Shown here piece after piece: positions 45,028-47,406 of a stretch of DNA of 47,406 nucleotides (positions within the stretch are counted from its first letter, which is position 1; the number at the start of each line of letters is the position of its first letter). This DNA is from Hemiscyllium ocellatum (Eukaryota), in NCBI RefSeq assembly GCF_020745735.1, contig NW_026867467.1, positions 579,074-626,479 of the forward strand. Reading direction: 5' to 3'. The position numbers and the translations under genes were made by a program. The notes beneath the pieces are model-generated. The model was not told where the DNA came from and ran no database searches. It saw only the letters and a list, made by a program, of their open reading frames with translations.

Positions 45028-45899
45028 GGAATAATGTGCAGGTCACTTATTCAAAGATGCACGTCTAAGTGAGGGAGACAAACAAAGGGATTTCAGACAA
45101 TTACATCAGTCACGAACAATTTCACCGCAGGTTCCAAAGGTCATAAAAATGCAAACAAAGTACCAAGTTTTATCTCTAAAGGGATAGATTTGAAAGTAGG
45201 GTCACTATAAAAATTTGGTTGACTATAATTAAGAGTATTGTTTGCAGTTCGAGTTGACATATTATAGAATGTATGAGAGAGAGTAAAGATATGATTTATG
45301 AGAATGATACACAAGTTTCTGGCTGTGTATATCCAGGAAGAATTGTTGTGCTGTTCACTTCTCTCTTGAAAAGAAGGCTGACAGTTCGAAAATTAAGAAA
45401 GATTTTGAAAAGAGAAGGTACAAAGAAAACATTTCACTGTGGGATAGAATATAACTCGAGGCTGTCAATATAAGACGGTACCTCAAGAAGTCCAAAAGGG
45501 AATTCAGAAGAAACCTCTTCACTGAAAGAATGATGAGAATGGGGAATATGTGACCAGACGGAATAGTTGAAATCAATAGTTTAGATGTATTTCAAGGAAA
45601 CTAGGCGAGCACTAGGAAGGGATGGGAATAGAGAATTGCAACGGGCGATTTAGATGAGGAAAGATGTGAAACACCTTGAGTAGAACATAAGCACTGGCAT
45701 AAACTGATTGTGCCAAATGGTCTGTTTTCCCTCTGTAACCCTACGTAAAACATCACCATTGCATGAAACAAAAAGTGCATTAAGAACATTTAGAAGAATT
45801 ATAAAGTTTCTCACAAAAAGTCTCAAGTATCCAGCACTGAATGTAAATGATTTTATCACATGGCCACACTTCACGATTTGCTTGATAGCACTGAAACAG

Positions 45900-46480
45900 C
45901 AGGAATCACAGTCCTCTTACTAGGAGTAGGACTAACCCATCGTCCTTGCACCAATTGGGGGATCTTAATGACTTATTAATGGCCTCAGTAGGAGCTGCCA
46001 ACCTGGTCCTGGGAATGTTGTGAACACTCTAGCCCTCACGGCTTCTTTCACTCACTTACTCTGATTTCCAGTTCCCGTAGTGATCGCCACTATGGACAGG
46101 AGACTGTTCCAGTGTGCAGATGGGATAACCTGTTGTGAGCCACAAGGTACTTCATTAGGAGGGACATCCTCCAGGTGTGTCACTAGGATGCAGGGGGAGG
46201 TCTCCCACACAATGGAGGACCTTACTGCTAATAAACCGCCAGCATTGGCTGGAACACACTCTACATTGACCACCTGAGTGGTCATCCTTTCCCGAATTTG
46301 GGATCAATAACATACTACGGAGGTGGAAACTCCTTCCTTCCCTTATCATCTTCCACCCTATTATCCACCTAATGACCTTGCAGCCTGTCCCTAGAGGGCT
46401 GATAGAACCCAGTCCCATTCCAATATTCAAGAACGTGAAGAGCTGGCAACCTGGTCAAAATTGTTAAAGCTTAACACAAA
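45900..46480 (-). mobile_element. LINE endonuclease-region fragment (second family), degenerate
   Basis: Weak LDL..../SGDH-like EN motifs on the reverse strand. Confidence 0.45.
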
Positions 46481-46794
46481 CAGTCTTGGCCTGACCATCA
46501 AATTCTAAAGTGTAACTTGAGATGAGTTCAATAAAAATGGCAGAAGTACAGAAACAACCACTTCCATCCGTCAGAAACACATTTCTATGAATGGGAACGG
46601 GTGGTCCGCTATTTGGAATGGAGCAGTGCATTTGAAAAAGTTAATGAGGAGCAGCAATGTTTTGAGTTGGACGTATGCACAGTTTGAAGCTGTTTGCTGA
46701 TTCAGTTTTGCTAAAGGTTTGGCAGATACATTCCAATGAAAATCAATTAAATCTGCCAAAGTGGATATTAATACTCACATTTATGAGATGCTTT

Positions 46795-47406
46795 AACATA
46801 GAACATAGAAAGATACAACACAGAACAGGCCCTTTGGCCCACAACAGTGTGCCGAGGTCTAATCCTAATGTAAAATATAACAACCTCCACACCCCTCAAC
46901 TCACTGCTAAACATGTGCATGTCCAGCAGTCACTTAAATGTCCCTAATGACTCTGCTTCCACCACCACCGCTGGCAATGTATTCCATGCATTCACAACTC
47001 TCTGTGTAAAGAACCTACTCTAATATCTCCTCTATACCTTTCTCCTAATATCTTAAAACTATGACCCCCCTCGTACCAGTCAATCCTGCCCTGGGGAAAG
47101 TCTCTAGCTATTGACTTTATCTATTCCTCTCATTATTTTGTATACCTCAATCAGGTCTCTCTTTTCTTTCTTCTCCAGAGAGAAAAGTCTGAGCTTATTC
47201 AACCTTTCTTCATAAGGCAAGCCCTCCAGTTCAGGCAGCATCCTGGCAAACCTTCTTTGCACCTCTCCAAAGCCTCTATCTATTTCTTACAGCAGGGTGA
47301 CCAGAACTGGACACAATATTCCAGGTGTGGTTCACCAGGGACTTGTAGAGCTGTAGCAAAACTCGCTGCTCTCAAACTCGATTCCCTGTAAATGAAAGCC
47401 TAAAAC
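46795..47406 (-). mobile_element. CR1-type LINE 3' end (runs off the window)
   Basis: Tail aacatagaacataga; reverse strand LYKSLVNHTWNIVSSSGHP and RLNKLRLFSLE motifs. Confidence 0.88.

Larger units (their letters stand above)
44270..45740 (+). mobile_element. CR1-type LINE RT/3' fragment split by a PLE insertion
   Basis: DKGKVLHLGRNNVQ before 44341 continues as caggtcacttatt after 45027; CR1 3' sequence to ~45740. Confidence 0.7.

Noticed and set aside
1-47406. Intact autonomous retrotransposon ORFs
   Set aside because: All CR1, other LINE and PLE coding remnants are short, frameshifted and truncated.

Overview
Eukaryotic (cartilaginous fish) genomic DNA containing one complete shark-type IgM heavy-chain cluster on the + strand. 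The Ig sequences and repeat families suggest a carpet/bamboo-shark-like species, which is an inference. The cluster comprises a TATA promoter (~19135), leader exon (19229-19277), VH exon (19383-19688), a 22-bp-spacer RSS, a 12-bp-spacer RSS followed by a D already fused to JH (20058-20116), a ~10.1-kb J-C intron, CH1-CH4 with secretory tail, and TM1/TM2 exons. All exons are open and splice in phase. The main unusual feature is that the V-D-D-J region is not the four-segment unrearranged form. Only one 22/12 RSS pair remains, D is pre-joined in frame to J, and the V 3' end plus its 22-bp RSS look like a pre-joined V-D1. The best reading is a VD1-D2J partially germline-joined cluster that needs a single RAG event. 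The rest of the window is mostly decayed retroelements: CR1 LINEs, a second LINE family, HE1/V-type tRNA-SINEs, and Penelope-like elements (PLEs) with short fold-back derivatives that carry minimal hammerhead-ribozyme motifs. There is also a 2.8-kb inverted duplication, a tandem duplication upstream of the promoter, a 45-bp minisatellite 3' of JH and several candidate regulatory motif clusters. Repeat boundaries are approximate (read by eye). Ig exon, RSS, TSD and ribozyme coordinates were counted base by base.
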